Shown here one piece after another: positions 13,827 to 26,789 of a stretch of DNA of 64,000 bases. This DNA comes from Antedon mediterranea (taxonomy: Eukaryota; Animalia; Echinodermata). Within the stretch, counting starts at the first letter, position 1. Each line of letters starts with the position of its first letter. The notes below the pieces were generated by a model. The model worked only from the letters and a program-made list of their open reading frames with translations. It was not told the DNA's origin and searched no databases. Location of the stretch: positions 25,432,070 to 25,496,069 of the forward strand of contig NC_092671.1 in NCBI RefSeq assembly GCF_964355755.1. The letters run 5' to 3'. The position numbers were made by a program, and so were the translations under genes.

Positions 13827-13929
13827 CGTTTACGACGCAGGTAAGCCATAATAAAAGCAAGTATTATTATTATGAGTAATGTTCCAAAAATACAGCCTGC
13901 TATGATGACAGATAGGTAGTCTGCTGCAC
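13827..13929 (-). CDS. MAM-EGF membrane protein, transmembrane exon
   Basis: AG/GTAAGT-bounded 103-nt exon encoding AADYLSVIIAGCIFGTLLIIIILAFIMAYLRRKR, a hydrophobic helix plus basic stop-transfer signal. Confidence 0.9.
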
Positions 13930-14282
13930 CTAATATCAAATATATATTCGGTAATAATGCAAAGTAATATTTCACAATAATTCAATTATTGAATTGACTA
14001 CATTGTAGTTTGAGAAATATTAAATTATGAAACAGGAATTTAGTGGGCACGTGACACCTGGTTATCTGTATATTCTGTACAGTTAGTCGACGTTGTATTC
14101 AATATTCATAGGCAAATTACATAATACGGTATCACATGTCTCTATACTGTATAAGGTAGTAGTGGAAAACGAAAATCACATGCGAGTTGTTTTCGCCCAA
14201 ATACATAAATGATGATACTGTATGTTTGGAAAAGTTTCTGTTTTATTCATTTATTATTTGTTCATGATTGATTTCAACTTAC

Positions 14283-15059
14283 TCTTGTCTTCTTTTGATG
14301 TATTTGTTAAACTACTTGAATTTGAATAGAGATTAGTGTCATTCCCTTCATCGTCTATACCTCCACCGTCTCCACCTGTTCCGTCATCTGTACCATCGTC
14401 AGTTCCATCACCGTCACCACCACTATCCGTACCGTCATCTGTTCCGTCACCTGCTCCATCATCCGTGCCGTCGCCCGTTCCATCTCCAGTATCATCCCCT
14501 GTACCATCATCTGTACTGTCGCCCGCACCGTCATCTGTACCGTCGCCCGTACCGTCACTGGTACCGTCTCCTGTTCCATCATCTGTGCCATCACCCGTAC
14601 CATCACCTGTTCCGTCGCCTGTATCGTCACCAGTACCATCATCTGTGCCGTCACCTGTATCGTCACCAGTACCATCATCTGTGCCGTCGCCTGTATCGTC
14701 ACCAGTACCATCATCTGTGCCGTCACCCGAATCAGTACCATCATCTGTGCCGTCACCCGAATCAGTACCATCATCTGTGCCGTCACCCGAATCAGTACCA
14801 TCATCTGTGCCGTCACCCGAATCAGTACCATCATCTGCGCCGTCACCCGAATCAGTACCATCATCTGTGCCGTCACCCGAATCAGTACCATCATCTGTGC
14901 CGTCACCCGAATCAGTACCATCATCTGTGCCGTCACCCGAATCAGTACCATCATCTGTGCCGTCACCCGAATCAGTACCATCATCTGTGCCGTCACCCGA
15001 ATCAGTACCATCATCTGTGCCGTCACCTGAATCAGTACCATCATCATTACCGTCTTCAA
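14283..15059 (-). CDS. MAM-EGF membrane protein, 777-nt Asp/Gly/Thr-rich stalk exon with (DDGTDSGDGT)n
   Basis: Phase 1-1 exon bounded by atag| and |gtaagt. The frame is open throughout but absent from the ORF track. It contains a 30-bp tandem repeat. Confidence 0.85.
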
Positions 15060-15220
15060 CTATATGATAGAATTATTAATAGAGTGTTTCTACAACATTT
15101 AATGTTTAAGATGGAATGTGCTTGTCGTAAAGCATAAAGTAGGTCTAATATAATACATAGTTAAACTGTGGTAGGTATGGAGGACAGGTTAGGTTATTAT
15201 AAAAATTAAAATATACCTAC

Positions 15221-15331
15221 ACGTTTCACACGTAACACCCGTAAATCCGTCTGGACAATCACAAGTAAAGCTCAATAGACCATCCATACATTCACCGTTC
15301 AGGCATGGTTGGCTCTGGCAGTCGTCTATAT
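15221..15331 (-). CDS. EGF-like exon 11
   Basis: 111 nt, phase 1-1: [37 protein letters not shown]. Confidence 0.9.
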
Positions 15332-16577
15332 CTGGATTCGAATAATATCATTACATTAATACAAAAAATGGCTTTGTTTAATACCTATGCTATCATTTAC
15401 ATGAAGAAAGAGCGAAACCGACCGGCTAGGCTCGCGAATTTGCCCAACATATTTTCATGCTAGTAGAACTCAAAAGGCTTTCCGGTTTCAGCACTCGATT
15501 TTTACTCGCATAAACTGCAAGGAATTTAGTTGTAAAATTTAGTTTTGACAACGCGATATACTGTAACTTATATCCTAGGCCTCTCTACTGCAGATTGATT
15601 GAACTCCCGGCGGCCGCATAACATGTCTGACGGCAATTGTTTCCAGGTTTTACTGATAAATACAACATTTTACTTTATACATACACATTGACATTAATAA
15701 AAACAACAAAGATAAGAAGCTCAATAATGAAAATACAATTAACACCTTACCACTACAGTAACTAAGCATAGGAGTGACGGGTTGATTGTAAGCATTTGAA
15801 TGGTAAGTTAAAACATACCAATATATTAATTTTTTCTACATACTGTAAAATACAAACCAAAGACGCACTTATACCGGTACTTCAAGCGAATATTTGGAAA
15901 AATGACAAATGAAACAACTTGACTCATCATATAGCATCTCCTTATTCTACAGAAGCTGTCCCTGTGTGACGTCAGGTTGGTAAGGTTCAAACTCATTTAT
16001 AAAACCCTGATCAAGATAAATCTGTTTATGATTGATGAGAAGAAACTTTTTTGTCAAAAGAGAAAAATCAATGATACGTATAGTTATTTATTGAAATATT
16101 TTGAAGTTAAAATTGTAACCAAATGCTATTTATACATTGGCATTCAGTAGGCCTATGTATTAGTTTGCGCATTTACATGACGTTAGCCCGTTTACTGCAT
16201 GTTGACTTACATGTCTAATCGCATAAGCATTACACTTCATAATGAATGTTATGTACTCTATTTGAAAAACCACACAACATTAAGACTTTTCATGTGTAGA
16301 CGATGTGCGCTAGAGAGAACAATCTGGGTATTAGTGTACTCGCGCGACGTAAAATCGAAAAATTGAATTATGTGATGGGGAAAGGCAGGGTAAAGCAAAT
16401 AGTCAAAACTATCATGAAAGACTATACTGGGGAACAAGCTAACTGTTGGAACAATTAAGCCTAGCTATTCTGAATACAGATAAAAGATAAAAACAGATTA
16501 TTGATGGATGTAGTTGCGATGGGTACTACACTACTCTACTGAATAAGACATTAAGCAACTTTATTTATGCCTCATAC

Positions 16578-16691
16578 CAATTCCACATGATGTTCCTTGG
16601 TATCCATCTGCGCATGTGCATATAAAACCGTTTACTGCATCGGTGCAGACTCCATTGTTTAAACATGGCCCTGGCTCGCATTCATTTATGT
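16578..16691 (-). CDS. EGF-like exon 10
   Basis: 114 nt, phase 1-1: [38 protein letters not shown]. Confidence 0.9.
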
Positions 16692-16909
16692 CTAATAAAA
16701 GGGCAATAATCTTATTATTCAACAAGAATATATCTGGTCTAAAATCGTAGGCCTAATAGATAAAACAAACATCTGATTACACAACTGGTTTGATCACATC
16801 ATAACTTATAATGGCCATTTTTCTAAAAAAAAATCCTGTACAGGGAAATTTTTGAAAAATAGCAAAAATTCCACATTGCGTTATGTTAAAAAAGAAGTAA
16901 ATTTCTCAC

Positions 16910-17023
16910 CAACTTCACACGTATCGCCCTGGAATCCATCTGCGCATGTGCATGTAAACCTGTGTACTGCGTCATTGCAAACGCCATTGTTTAAACAAGG
17001 CGCTGATTTACATTCGTTTATGT
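16910..17023 (-). CDS. EGF-like exon 9
   Basis: 114 nt: [38 protein letters not shown]. Confidence 0.9.
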
Positions 17024-17389
17024 CTGAAAGAAAGACTTGTTATGTGGCAAATAAAAAATGGTAGCATGTGCTTGATTGTCTCCTTTTTGAGAAAAAATGA
17101 CAGCAAAAGCAGCGGTCAGAGATTTTATTTGGCTGAATGCAAGGATAAACATAGGGCGTGCTATAAAACGGTTCGGATCATATTGCAGATACAGATAACG
17201 CGATACTGTATTAATCCCTGTGACGTCATCAATAATATCCTTTCCTGAAACATATAACTATAACTATATAACTATATAACTATTGATTCCCAAATATCAA
17301 GATAACAAAGATGGACGTTATCGCGTGCAAAGAAAAAAACTATTGCCAAAAATGATGTATTGTTGTGTAAAAGATACTTAAAGTCTCAC

Positions 17390-17503
17390 CAATTTCACAA
17401 GTATCTCCCTGGTAACCATCTGCGCATGCGCATATAAACTCGTTTATTGCGTTGGTACAAATGCCATTATTTTGACATGGTTCAGAATTACATTCGTTTA
17501 TAT
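17390..17503 (-). CDS. EGF-like exon 8
   Basis: 114 nt: DINECNSEPCQNNGICTNAINEFICACADGYQGDTCEI. Confidence 0.9.
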
Positions 17504-17773
17504 CTGAGAATAAATTACTAACACATTATAAATTGGAATAAAATAATGTAAAATAAAAACACAATGCATAAACAATTCAGGCCTACCTAATGTAATACAG
17601 TAAATTACAATTTGAACTACGAGACAAGTTTTTAACTTCTAGAAGGGATCCATGATAATAATGACTACCGATTACTGCTTTATCTATGTTCACTTTAATA
17701 TCTTTTTTCTATTTTGTATATATTTATTCATTATTATCTAAATAAATATTATCTGAATCTGAATCTGAATCTG

Positions 17774-18440
17774 AACTAGAAAGCCACTCCGAGAGTGCAT
17801 ACCTCCGCCTACTGTAAAATTCTCCTACATAAGATTTCTCCGGGAAAAAATATATATATTTATGTGTGTCTTAATGTTGTTTGTGATTTAGGCTAATTTC
17901 ACTACAAGCATGTGTATGCGAGTTTGGTGTAATGGTTATGTAACAAGCCTTTCAATTAACAATAGCTTCAGTTGACTAACAATAGAACAGGAACTCGAAA
18001 ATGAAACGAGTGAATTTGAAAAGAAATAGGTTTTTTAAACTAATTGCATCAAAAAAGGTGCACATTAAATCAAATTATGTTTTAAAATTACAAATCATCA
18101 ATTATAACTCTTGCCTCTTGTACAAAAATGAAGTTTTTTGGACAAGTAGTTCTCGAGAAAATGCAATTTCAGTTTAATTAATACATTAAGACTGCTCGCC
18201 GGCTTTTGAAAAATCTGTCCTATCTTTTAACACTAGCAGGTCTGAAAAGTATACTAAAAAGTGGTTCAGAATTGGGACCATGGTCCCAAATGGTCCCAAA
18301 ATTTAATGGAATGGTCCTTCACCACATATCTAACTGTATATTCATTTTGGTAAAGATCTTGTAATTACTTTTTGAGTAATCCTGCTAACAAACAAACAGA
18401 CAAACACACGCGATCACATATACCTCCTTGGCGGAGGTAA
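17774..18440. mobile_element. Intronic Helentron/HINE-like non-autonomous element
   Basis: Begins AACTAGAAAGCC, has subterminal inverted repeats ACCTCCGCC ... GGCGGAGGT, a terminal hairpin and an (AAAC)n tract near the end. Confidence 0.55.
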
Positions 18441-18522
18441 ATTACATAATAAGTATTATCACAATATAGGTTCATAATATAGTTATGACTGGTAAAGAAT
18501 AGTTTACTAACGGTACCCTTAC

Positions 18523-18636
18523 CCGTTTCACACTGATCGCCCGTGAAGCCTCCTGGACATGCGCAGAAGAACGCATTCAAAAGATCTGAACACGCTCCAT
18601 TATTTAAGCAAGGAGATGACGCACACTCGTCAATTT
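18523..18636 (-). CDS. EGF-like exon 7
   Basis: 114 nt: [38 protein letters not shown]. Confidence 0.9.
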
Positions 18637-19255
18637 CTAAATATCGGTTTGAAGATAACATGTGAATATGGGAAAAACCAACATAACATAGTATAAATCA
18701 AACAACTGAGCACTGAATAAATCAAGGAGGGAATGAATGTATCTTGCCGCTACATATTGAATGGTGAACAGTTGGTAAATAATAATTATGCTGTATCTAA
18801 CACAAGGGATACCTTACTCTTTGTTGAACATGACACAAACAAATAAATCAAACTCTATACATATTATTGTTTACGGTTAAATTACAAAAACATAAACAAG
18901 ATGGAAGCGTCAGGCCTAAACATCTGAAGAAAGAGTTAATCGTCTTTTTATGTCAAGACAGTGTTAATTGACCGAAATACCGAGTTTTTAACATAAGAAC
19001 ATTTATTTTAATATAACAAAATAAACAGTTATTACAATTTACAAAAACGATTAAAATAAAACAGTTTTTTTTAATATTATGGTAATAACAGTATGACAAA
19101 AATATGAAAAAATATATAACATAATAATGACAAAACCCATACATTGATTATGGTCACTTCTTGCAGTTGACTAAACCAAACTAAACTAAAACAACAAAAT
19201 AAGAGTAAGGAAATACATAAATGTGTTTGCCGCCAGACTGTTTTACATTTCTCAC

Positions 19256-19369
19256 CCGTTTCACAAGTTTCTCCTTCGATGCCATTTGGGCATGCGCAAG
19301 CATACTTGTTCGCTCCGTCTGCGCAGACGCCGTTATTCGCGCACGGCGATGATGCACACTCATCAAAGT
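19256..19369 (-). CDS. EGF-like exon 6
   Basis: 114 nt: [38 protein letters not shown]. Confidence 0.9.
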
Positions 19370-19834
19370 CTAAACGTTTTACACAAGAAAAGAAGGATAA
19401 TATTTCAATAATAAATATAATCTAAGGATCAAAGTATAAACGTTTAGAGTTTCAATCATAATATTCCATAAAAAGAAATGCTAATAGAAAAAACATAATA
19501 TTCATAAATATTTCTGTTAAAACCCCGTTGATTTACTCAGTGTCAACCAAACAGAGCATTCTTTGGTCAGACGAGTAAAAGGAATACGAGCCAACCTAAA
19601 AAAACACTTTTTTATCTCTGTATAAACTTTTTTTTGGTATGATCAAATCTGCGGGGTTATAGCAGATAAGTTACATAAAAAACTGAAAATTTAATAAAGC
19701 ATTACAAAAAATATATATTGAGGGTAAAATGACAAAAGGAATACAGGATTAAAAATGTTTTAAAATGTTGACATATTTAATGTTGAACCAGAAAAGATTT
19801 GTTTGTTTCATAAATATGTATAAAACATTTATTA

Positions 19835-20035
<201 letters not shown>

Positions 20036-20675
20036 TTAGTAATAATTAATATAAATTGATTTAGGTTTCACAAAATTCTAATTATAGGGATAAGTGTCAG
20101 AGATAGTAATAATGTGTAGGGGAATAGTATATGTTTTAACACCACGGCCATGTTCCTATTAAGAGGAAATGTCTATGGGTCCCTAAGGTGTCCCCTTAAT
20201 GAATTTTTTATTTGTATAGTAGCAAATGTTATAATGCGAATCTAAAAATAAAATAAACGCGAAATAATAAACAAGTTTTTTTTTATTTACGGAAAACCTA
20301 ATTCTTAATATAGGCCCATTGATTAGAAAGGTTGGTGAAAGCGAGATGTGTATTTTTTCTATGAAAACTGCATCCCAGTAGCATTAGTCTATTAATAGTT
20401 GACTGCTTTAGTTTTAAAACATTTCTGAAATTAAATAAAACCAAGCAGAGATAAATTTGTACCTTCCTAACTTCCTTTGTCTCTTTATTAATTTTTTTTT
20501 TGGATTTAGTTTGTGTGGTTATTTACTTATTTATTTCTGCTTGAGTTATATATTTTTTTAAATTTAAAACTTATAACTGCTAAACAAGAAAGTTTTTCAT
20601 TAAAGTATACATTACAATTATGATTATAGAAAAGCGTATGTTATACTTCAAATCAAATGAATCAAATGTGTTTAC

Positions 20676-20789
20676 CGCTTTGACAAATGATTCCTTCATA
20701 TCCTTCCAAGCATTCACAGCTGAACATGTTGACATCATCGATACAAACGCCACCATTTACACATGGAACAGAGGCGCACTCATCAATAT
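20676..20789 (-). CDS. EGF-like exon 4
   Basis: 114 nt: DIDECASVPCVNGGVCIDDVNMFSCECLEGYEGIICQS. Confidence 0.9.
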
Positions 20790-20987
20790 CTAGTAAAGTG
20801 ATTTTAAGGTAATTAAATATGATATTTACAATTTATAAAGTTAGTATATTTGGCTGCTATGCTTATTACAGTATATGAGTTTATATTGCAGAAAAAAAAC
20901 TACATGCGAAAATGTGTCATAGTAGTTTTCCATTCTCTAAAAAACATTAAAGGGATAAAATCAGAATTAGAATAATTAACTACGCAC

Positions 20988-21101
20988 CAATCTGACAATC
21001 GTTTCCTGCATAACCAGACGTGCACTGGCAATTATAACCGTTGAGGGCGTCAGAGCATTGGCCACTGTTTTGACAAGGGGTTTCTGCGCAATCATCCACA
21101 T
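20988..21101 (-). CDS. EGF-like exon 3
   Basis: 114 nt: DVDDCAETPCQNSGQCSDALNGYNCQCTSGYAGNDCQI. Confidence 0.9.
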
Positions 21102-21285
21102 CTACAATTAAACAAATGCAAATTTTAAAATGCTACAACAACTTAGTATTAACGTAAATCTAACCATAGTAATCAACTACATGTTTATGAATAATAATGC
21201 ACTTCCATGTAGATTAAATAGTAGGCCTACAACTAATAATAATAGGTTCAACTAGGGAAGTTCACTCTTCCCTGGTTTAACTAAC

Positions 21286-21399
21286 CTATTTCACATGTGG
21301 TGCCTCCATATCCTCCTACGCATGCGCATTCATACATATTAACCAGATCAGTACAAGCTCCGCCATTAATACAAGGTGCACTAGCACATTCATCTGTAT
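21286..21399 (-). CDS. EGF-like exon 2
   Basis: 114 nt: TDECASAPCINGGACTDLVNMYECACVGGYGGTTCEI. Confidence 0.9.
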
Positions 21400-22292
21400 C
21401 TAAAAGATAATATCACACACAACTTGTTATACTTTTAGGATTTCACAGTATCGAACATTGATACCTCACAATCTTCAAACAACTTTGGAGAAACCATTAA
21501 ACTGCAGTCATCAAATACGGTTAATGTGTAGGCCTATCGTTCTACATTAAAATGAAACACGCAATTCTAACGTAATGTAGCTGTTACGCAATCAGTTTTA
21601 TAGTTGAACGTTCATTCATATCAGGATGCGATATTTGAGACCTCCCAATCACCAGTTATTCGATTTATATTGTATGGTTATTTTACAAACCTTCGTACGT
21701 ATTAGGAGAAAAATAACATGATATGTGATTTATTTTAGTGGAAGTATAATATTAATGTTTATTCAGGTAAGATACAACGTATATCTTGGAGATTTTCCAA
21801 TAACCAGTAGTTCGATTAATATTTGTAGTAGTACATAGTCAGAAAGAACGGTATAGCATTGAGATAATCATGCCTGGGATGCATCTTGCAGACTTCAAAA
21901 TCACCAGCGATTGATTTTTTTGGTAGTTGTAGTCTACATAATCAGAAAGGAAAGCTAATTGACGTTCATCCATATCATGGGATGCATATTGGAGGCTTCA
22001 AAATCACAAGTAACACCGTCCCTCGCTTTACAAAGTCACAATCATGATGAAGCTTGCAGATTTCATAACATAACAGTAGTAGTATAAAGCGCTGTCTACA
22101 CTATCAAACTAGTTTGACAAAAAAGGTGTAATGTGCCAAAATGTAGTACCTCACAATCACCATTAAAGCGATTGATGTTTATTAAATGTACTGTACATAC
22201 TGCGGTATTGTAGATAAAATCCTTTGCCATGTTAAATATTTTAACAAAATGTTCAAACATTACTAACAAAATAAGAAAAACTTAGGTCTTAC

Positions 22293-22406
22293 TTGTTTCA
22301 CAATTAGTTCCTTCATAACCGTCCACACACGTACAAGACCATGAGTGGAAGTTGTCGACACAATCACCTTCATTCTGACATACGATATCAACACAATCAT
22401 CGTCAT
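22293..22406 (-). CDS. EGF-like exon 1
   Basis: 114 nt: DDDDCVDIVCQNEGDCVDNFHSWSCTCVDGYEGTNCET. Confidence 0.88.
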
Positions 22407-22683
22407 CTTTAATCGAAGTAAAAAGAAATTTGGGTTAGTGTTATTGTGTTACCAAGATGAATTGGTAGTCACCTAATCTTGAACCAAATACAACATTAAC
22501 AAACTCCAAAAAGATAAAACAATTAAATGACTTTTACTGTATAATACAATTCAGTAGTACATTATTGTGGGTAGCAGTGTCACACTTTTGTTAAAACTCA
22601 ATATTGGTTTTAGGAGAATTATTTTCTGCTACGTCGGTCTATTGATAGGGAAATGAAATATACTTTCTAAATTTCAAACTCAC

Positions 22684-22753
22684 CGGTAATCGCTATGTCG
22701 TCAAGAGCGATAACACTAGTAACAGATGCACCTCTTATCGCCTCAAAGACAAT
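22684..22753 (-). CDS. MAM domain C-terminal exon
   Basis: 70 nt: IVFEAIRGASVTSVIALDDIAIT, with the IALDDI MAM signature. Confidence 0.9.
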
Positions 22754-22849
22754 CTAAACATTTAAAATTAAACATTAAAAAATATTATAAATATTTTAAT
22801 TATCTATCGGTTTATTTATTATTTTGTGCGATGTGTAACAGTACATTAC

Positions 22850-23136
22850 CTTAATGTCACCTTCTATACCGGATACATCATAACTAATCGTTCCTTCATT
22901 CCACTGGTCACCTTGGTTCCCCGATCTTGTAAATTGCGGGCCACTAAAGCTAGTGACCTCACAGCGAACAACGTATACTCTGAGAGTACCCATATCAGCC
23001 CCGTACATGTGGTAGTAAAAAGTCATTTCTAGGGAGTTCGGTATTGAATAGCAAGGTGAAACAAGACGGCCTGAGTTCCCTTCTGTTAAATCCTGACTAC
23101 CTGGTATGTCCATAAATACCATGTAGAATGGAGGTG
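22850..23136 (-). CDS. MAM domain central exon
   Basis: 287 nt containing the MAM motifs GRLVSP, FYYHMYGADMGTLRVY and GNQGDQW. Confidence 0.9.
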
Positions 23137-23574
23137 CTGTACATGAAATTAAAATACCAAATAAGTCCTGATAATTAAAATATTACACTATTATACTAAA
23201 GTTTGAAAACAATTATAAATGCTAAATTCATAAAGCTACACAAATGCGATACTCTTTAGTTGCCGCCGCATAATTCTATTTACTATACGACATCCTTTGC
23301 ATTTATCTACTTAAAATGTTGCCATTTCAATTCAACAATGACGCGCCACTTTCCACTTGCGTCTGTTTGCATTGCACGGATATACAAAGTGTGATATCTT
23401 CCTACACACTGGCGTTGCTTTTCCATTGAATGAAACGAAACAATCATAATATAATAATAATTATGAAACCAACGAATCAAATACTTTGATGTATTTATAT
23501 GTCTTATTAACTGCTTAAATGAGGCAAATGATGAATTGTATTTATTTGATAAATAAACTAGTATGCCTACTTAC

Positions 23575-23733
23575 AGTCCACCGATTGTGTATTGTCCGCA
23601 GTAGGACCCGTCTCTGTCCCGCCGAATCTAAGAACATTTGTTCCAAAGTTTCTAAACCAGGCAACATCAGCTTCCGGGTCATCAGTGTACCCGCAGTTGT
23701 TCTGTCCGAAATCACACGTAACATCACCACAAA
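23575..23733 (-). CDS. MAM domain N-terminal exon, proximal copy A
   Basis: 159 nt, phase 1-1: CGDVTCDFGQNNCGYTDDPEADVAWFRNFGTNVLRFGGTETGPTADNTQSVD. Confidence 0.85.
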
Positions 23734-25074
23734 CTTAAATGAAACATTTTTGATAACGTGTAGAAACATTGTTGACATAGCTTTCCATTTTATTCAAAAC
23801 AAAAATTCTCTAGAACTAACATGCAAACTGATTGTATCTGGACATAGTAGCCTACAATAGAACTACAAAAAGGTGTATGTCCACATTGTTGATATAAAGT
23901 TTGCGGTACACCACGTACACCACCTTTCAGAAAAGAACTGTGGTGTAGGCCTACCGCTAACTTTATATCATCAGTTGATTTCGCCAAATCTTCAAACAAT
24001 ATATTTCTACATTCTATTAAAATAGTAACGTTGTTACAATTTGAATTTATTATAATTCAGGGAGCCTCATGTGGTTTTCCTAATATTTCTAATTATTAAT
24101 TTCATAGTACTAATGGTTTTAAACATTTTGAGAAGTCTATACCCTGTTTGCCTCTAGTTGATTCACTAATTGTATAATACCTTTATAATTATTACACAAT
24201 TCAGACATAACATAATATAGGCACATGCGTCATTCAAGTTTTTATCACACAATTAGAATGATACACGATTTTCTATTGTGATAATCAATACACGTATTTA
24301 GTTTTATTGTATATATGTATCACGTATCGATTTCTATCGAATATACTCTTGTACATATAATATATTATTACGGCTCGTTAGCAAAACATAATACATATAC
24401 GCTTATATGGAATATTGACCGCGTAATCTGGGCGGATGAGCGGGTGGCGACAGGTCACGTGTTGTCAACTTGTTTAAACAATGTTTATTTGATTCTTTTG
24501 ACTTTGCTTTAATAAATAAGCAAATAAGAAAAAATATTATTTTTTTAAGAGATAAAAAATAAGATGAAAAAAATCAAACTTTAACTTTAACATTGAACTT
24601 TCACAATAATGATCTTGTTTATTAAAAAAGAAAAAAATTAACAGGTAAATTCAATCAGAAACCGGTTTTAATTACGGTTTGGTTTTATAAAGTAAATATT
24701 TTGTTTTCGATCAAATTTTTGACCAGATTGAATGAATATCACTACATTTTTTGTAATTATTTTTTTAATAAGCCGCATTAAATTTCAGTTAGTTAGATTA
24801 AGTTTGGTTGTTTATGTACTCCACTGTCAAGTTTAATTTAACTACACTCATGATTTTGTATTATTTAATAAAGTTATCAATAATATTGCCACAATAGTAA
24901 TAGTCACACAGTAAAACTTCATTTTCACCAGAGTACTGTATATTATTTTTACTTGAACAATAGCACAGCACAAAGTATTAGAATTTTATAAATATTTATT
25001 TTTTATATTATATTTTATTTTAAATATTCAACACTTTATATTTTAATTAATACTAGCGTCTTCATTTTTAGTCG

Positions 25075-25196
25075 TTAGTTGCGTGCATACGCGACTCTAG
25101 CTCACTATGTCGGTCGGTTGGTTGGTCGGTCGGTCGGTAAACACTAACTCAAATTTGCGCACGCTACTGGGCCAGCCATGTATATGGCCTTGTTTT
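25075..25196. mobile_element. Short Helentron-like interspersed repeat with (GGTC)n tract
   Basis: gcgtgcatacgcgactcta...(gtcg)n...gccatgtatatggccttgtt, with a second copy at about 48458-48597. Confidence 0.55.
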
Positions 25197-26011
25197 TATT
25201 AACTTTGTTATACGCACATTATCGTATAATTATAGAAAACGGTAAAAAGCTCTAGTCATTGTAATGGGCGTGTATTAACAACGATTCAATCGATTAATTT
25301 ATTCTATGTATTTATTCATTTCTTATCCCACAATATTCAGGTGAAGCTGATCATAGGGACCCTCTAAATAATAAAGTCTAACTAGACAATTGTTATAATT
25401 AACTAAATAATAAAAAGTATATACAATCTTTTATAGATATTTAGAGAGATGGTATCTTTTATGAAGCCTAATAAACTACTTAGTAAACATTGTATATTTC
25501 TTAGATAATAGTTTATTATTCAATCTACATGTTGTTCGTATTTACCGTTAAAATACCTTAGAGTAGCAAAAAATTGTGATAATAGTAATATTTTCTTTTA
25601 TTCGAATCCACACGGGCAGCTCATGTATACCTTATAATCTAACTTTTTTCTAAGAACCCTAAGGAAGAGAGATTAGATTTATCTGAACTCTCTGCAATGA
25701 TTTCTTTCTGCCTGTTCAACTATATTGTTTTGATTCGTCTTTTTGCTTATTGTATTTTCACTAAGACCATTAATAATAATACTTATGTTACTCCGAGACT
25801 AAATTATTGCAGTTTAGACTTTTAGTAAAACGATTCTCAACAACCGACCAATTTGAAATAATACAATTATTTATATGTTCAATGACTAATTATAATTTTA
25901 GTATCTATTTAAAAAAACATAGAAGTGGGAATTTATTAATTATGATTATATTCTGTTAAAAGTAGTTGGAAACCTGCTGCCTTAAAATAGAGAATAATGT
26001 GTTTAGCCTAC

Positions 26012-26072
26012 CTTCTGGTGACGATAAGAACAGACATAGAACCACTAACCGAACTATGTTACCTCTCTTCAT
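26012..26072 (-). CDS. Signal-peptide exon, proximal copy A
   Basis: MKRGNIVRLVVLCLFLSSPE followed by G|gtaggc (phase 1). A NAGNAG acceptor lies upstream at about 26144-26148. Confidence 0.75.
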
Positions 26073-26789
26073 TGTTACACTACGAACTTTTCATTTTTTT
26101 TTAATGTATACAACAATTCAAATGTTCTAATTATCAACGACATCTGCTGAAAACACACATTTAGAAATATAATTGTGGAGAATATCACAAAAAGTAACGA
26201 AACGCAGAAATCACAGGTTTATCTGATACAATTTCCCAACAACAATGTATGATTTCATTAGAAAATTGAAAAAAAGTGTGAAAATCGATCATTACGTCAC
26301 GAACCTAATTCTACTCATAATCGATGGTATCGAATTTATACACTGCGCTGTCTGTGATTGTTATGTTTCATTCCATGCATAGATGATGAATACACCGCCC
26401 TCTTACATCCATTACGTCAACTAGAAGTTTTCCCACAAACATTCTGAAACTTGTGTAAAGAATGCTTTTTGTAATGTATGCGACTAGTTAAATGCTCAAA
26501 TAACTGAGAACACATGTGAGTATTTCAATCTTAAATTGCTGGTAATATGACGTCATCCTTATTGTATTTTTTAAATAGTAATAATAGGGATTAATAAGAG
26601 GGTTGGGTTTAGTTACAATATAGGTCAGCTATCTTTTAATTTCTTAACAAAGAATATTAATTAGGTCCATTATTAATTATTTCTGTCTCATCAACGATAA
26701 CAAGATAAGATAAACATAGTACATTGTTCTTACATAAAACAAAAGAAATTAAAATGTTTTCATCCTAGAACTATAGGATAACCATAATA

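Noticed and set aside
14336-15067. ORF-track proteins (PSSV)n on + and (VTAQMMVLIR)n on -
   Set aside because: These are shadow frames of the 30-bp repeat. Splice phases select the third, Asp/Gly/Thr-rich minus frame.
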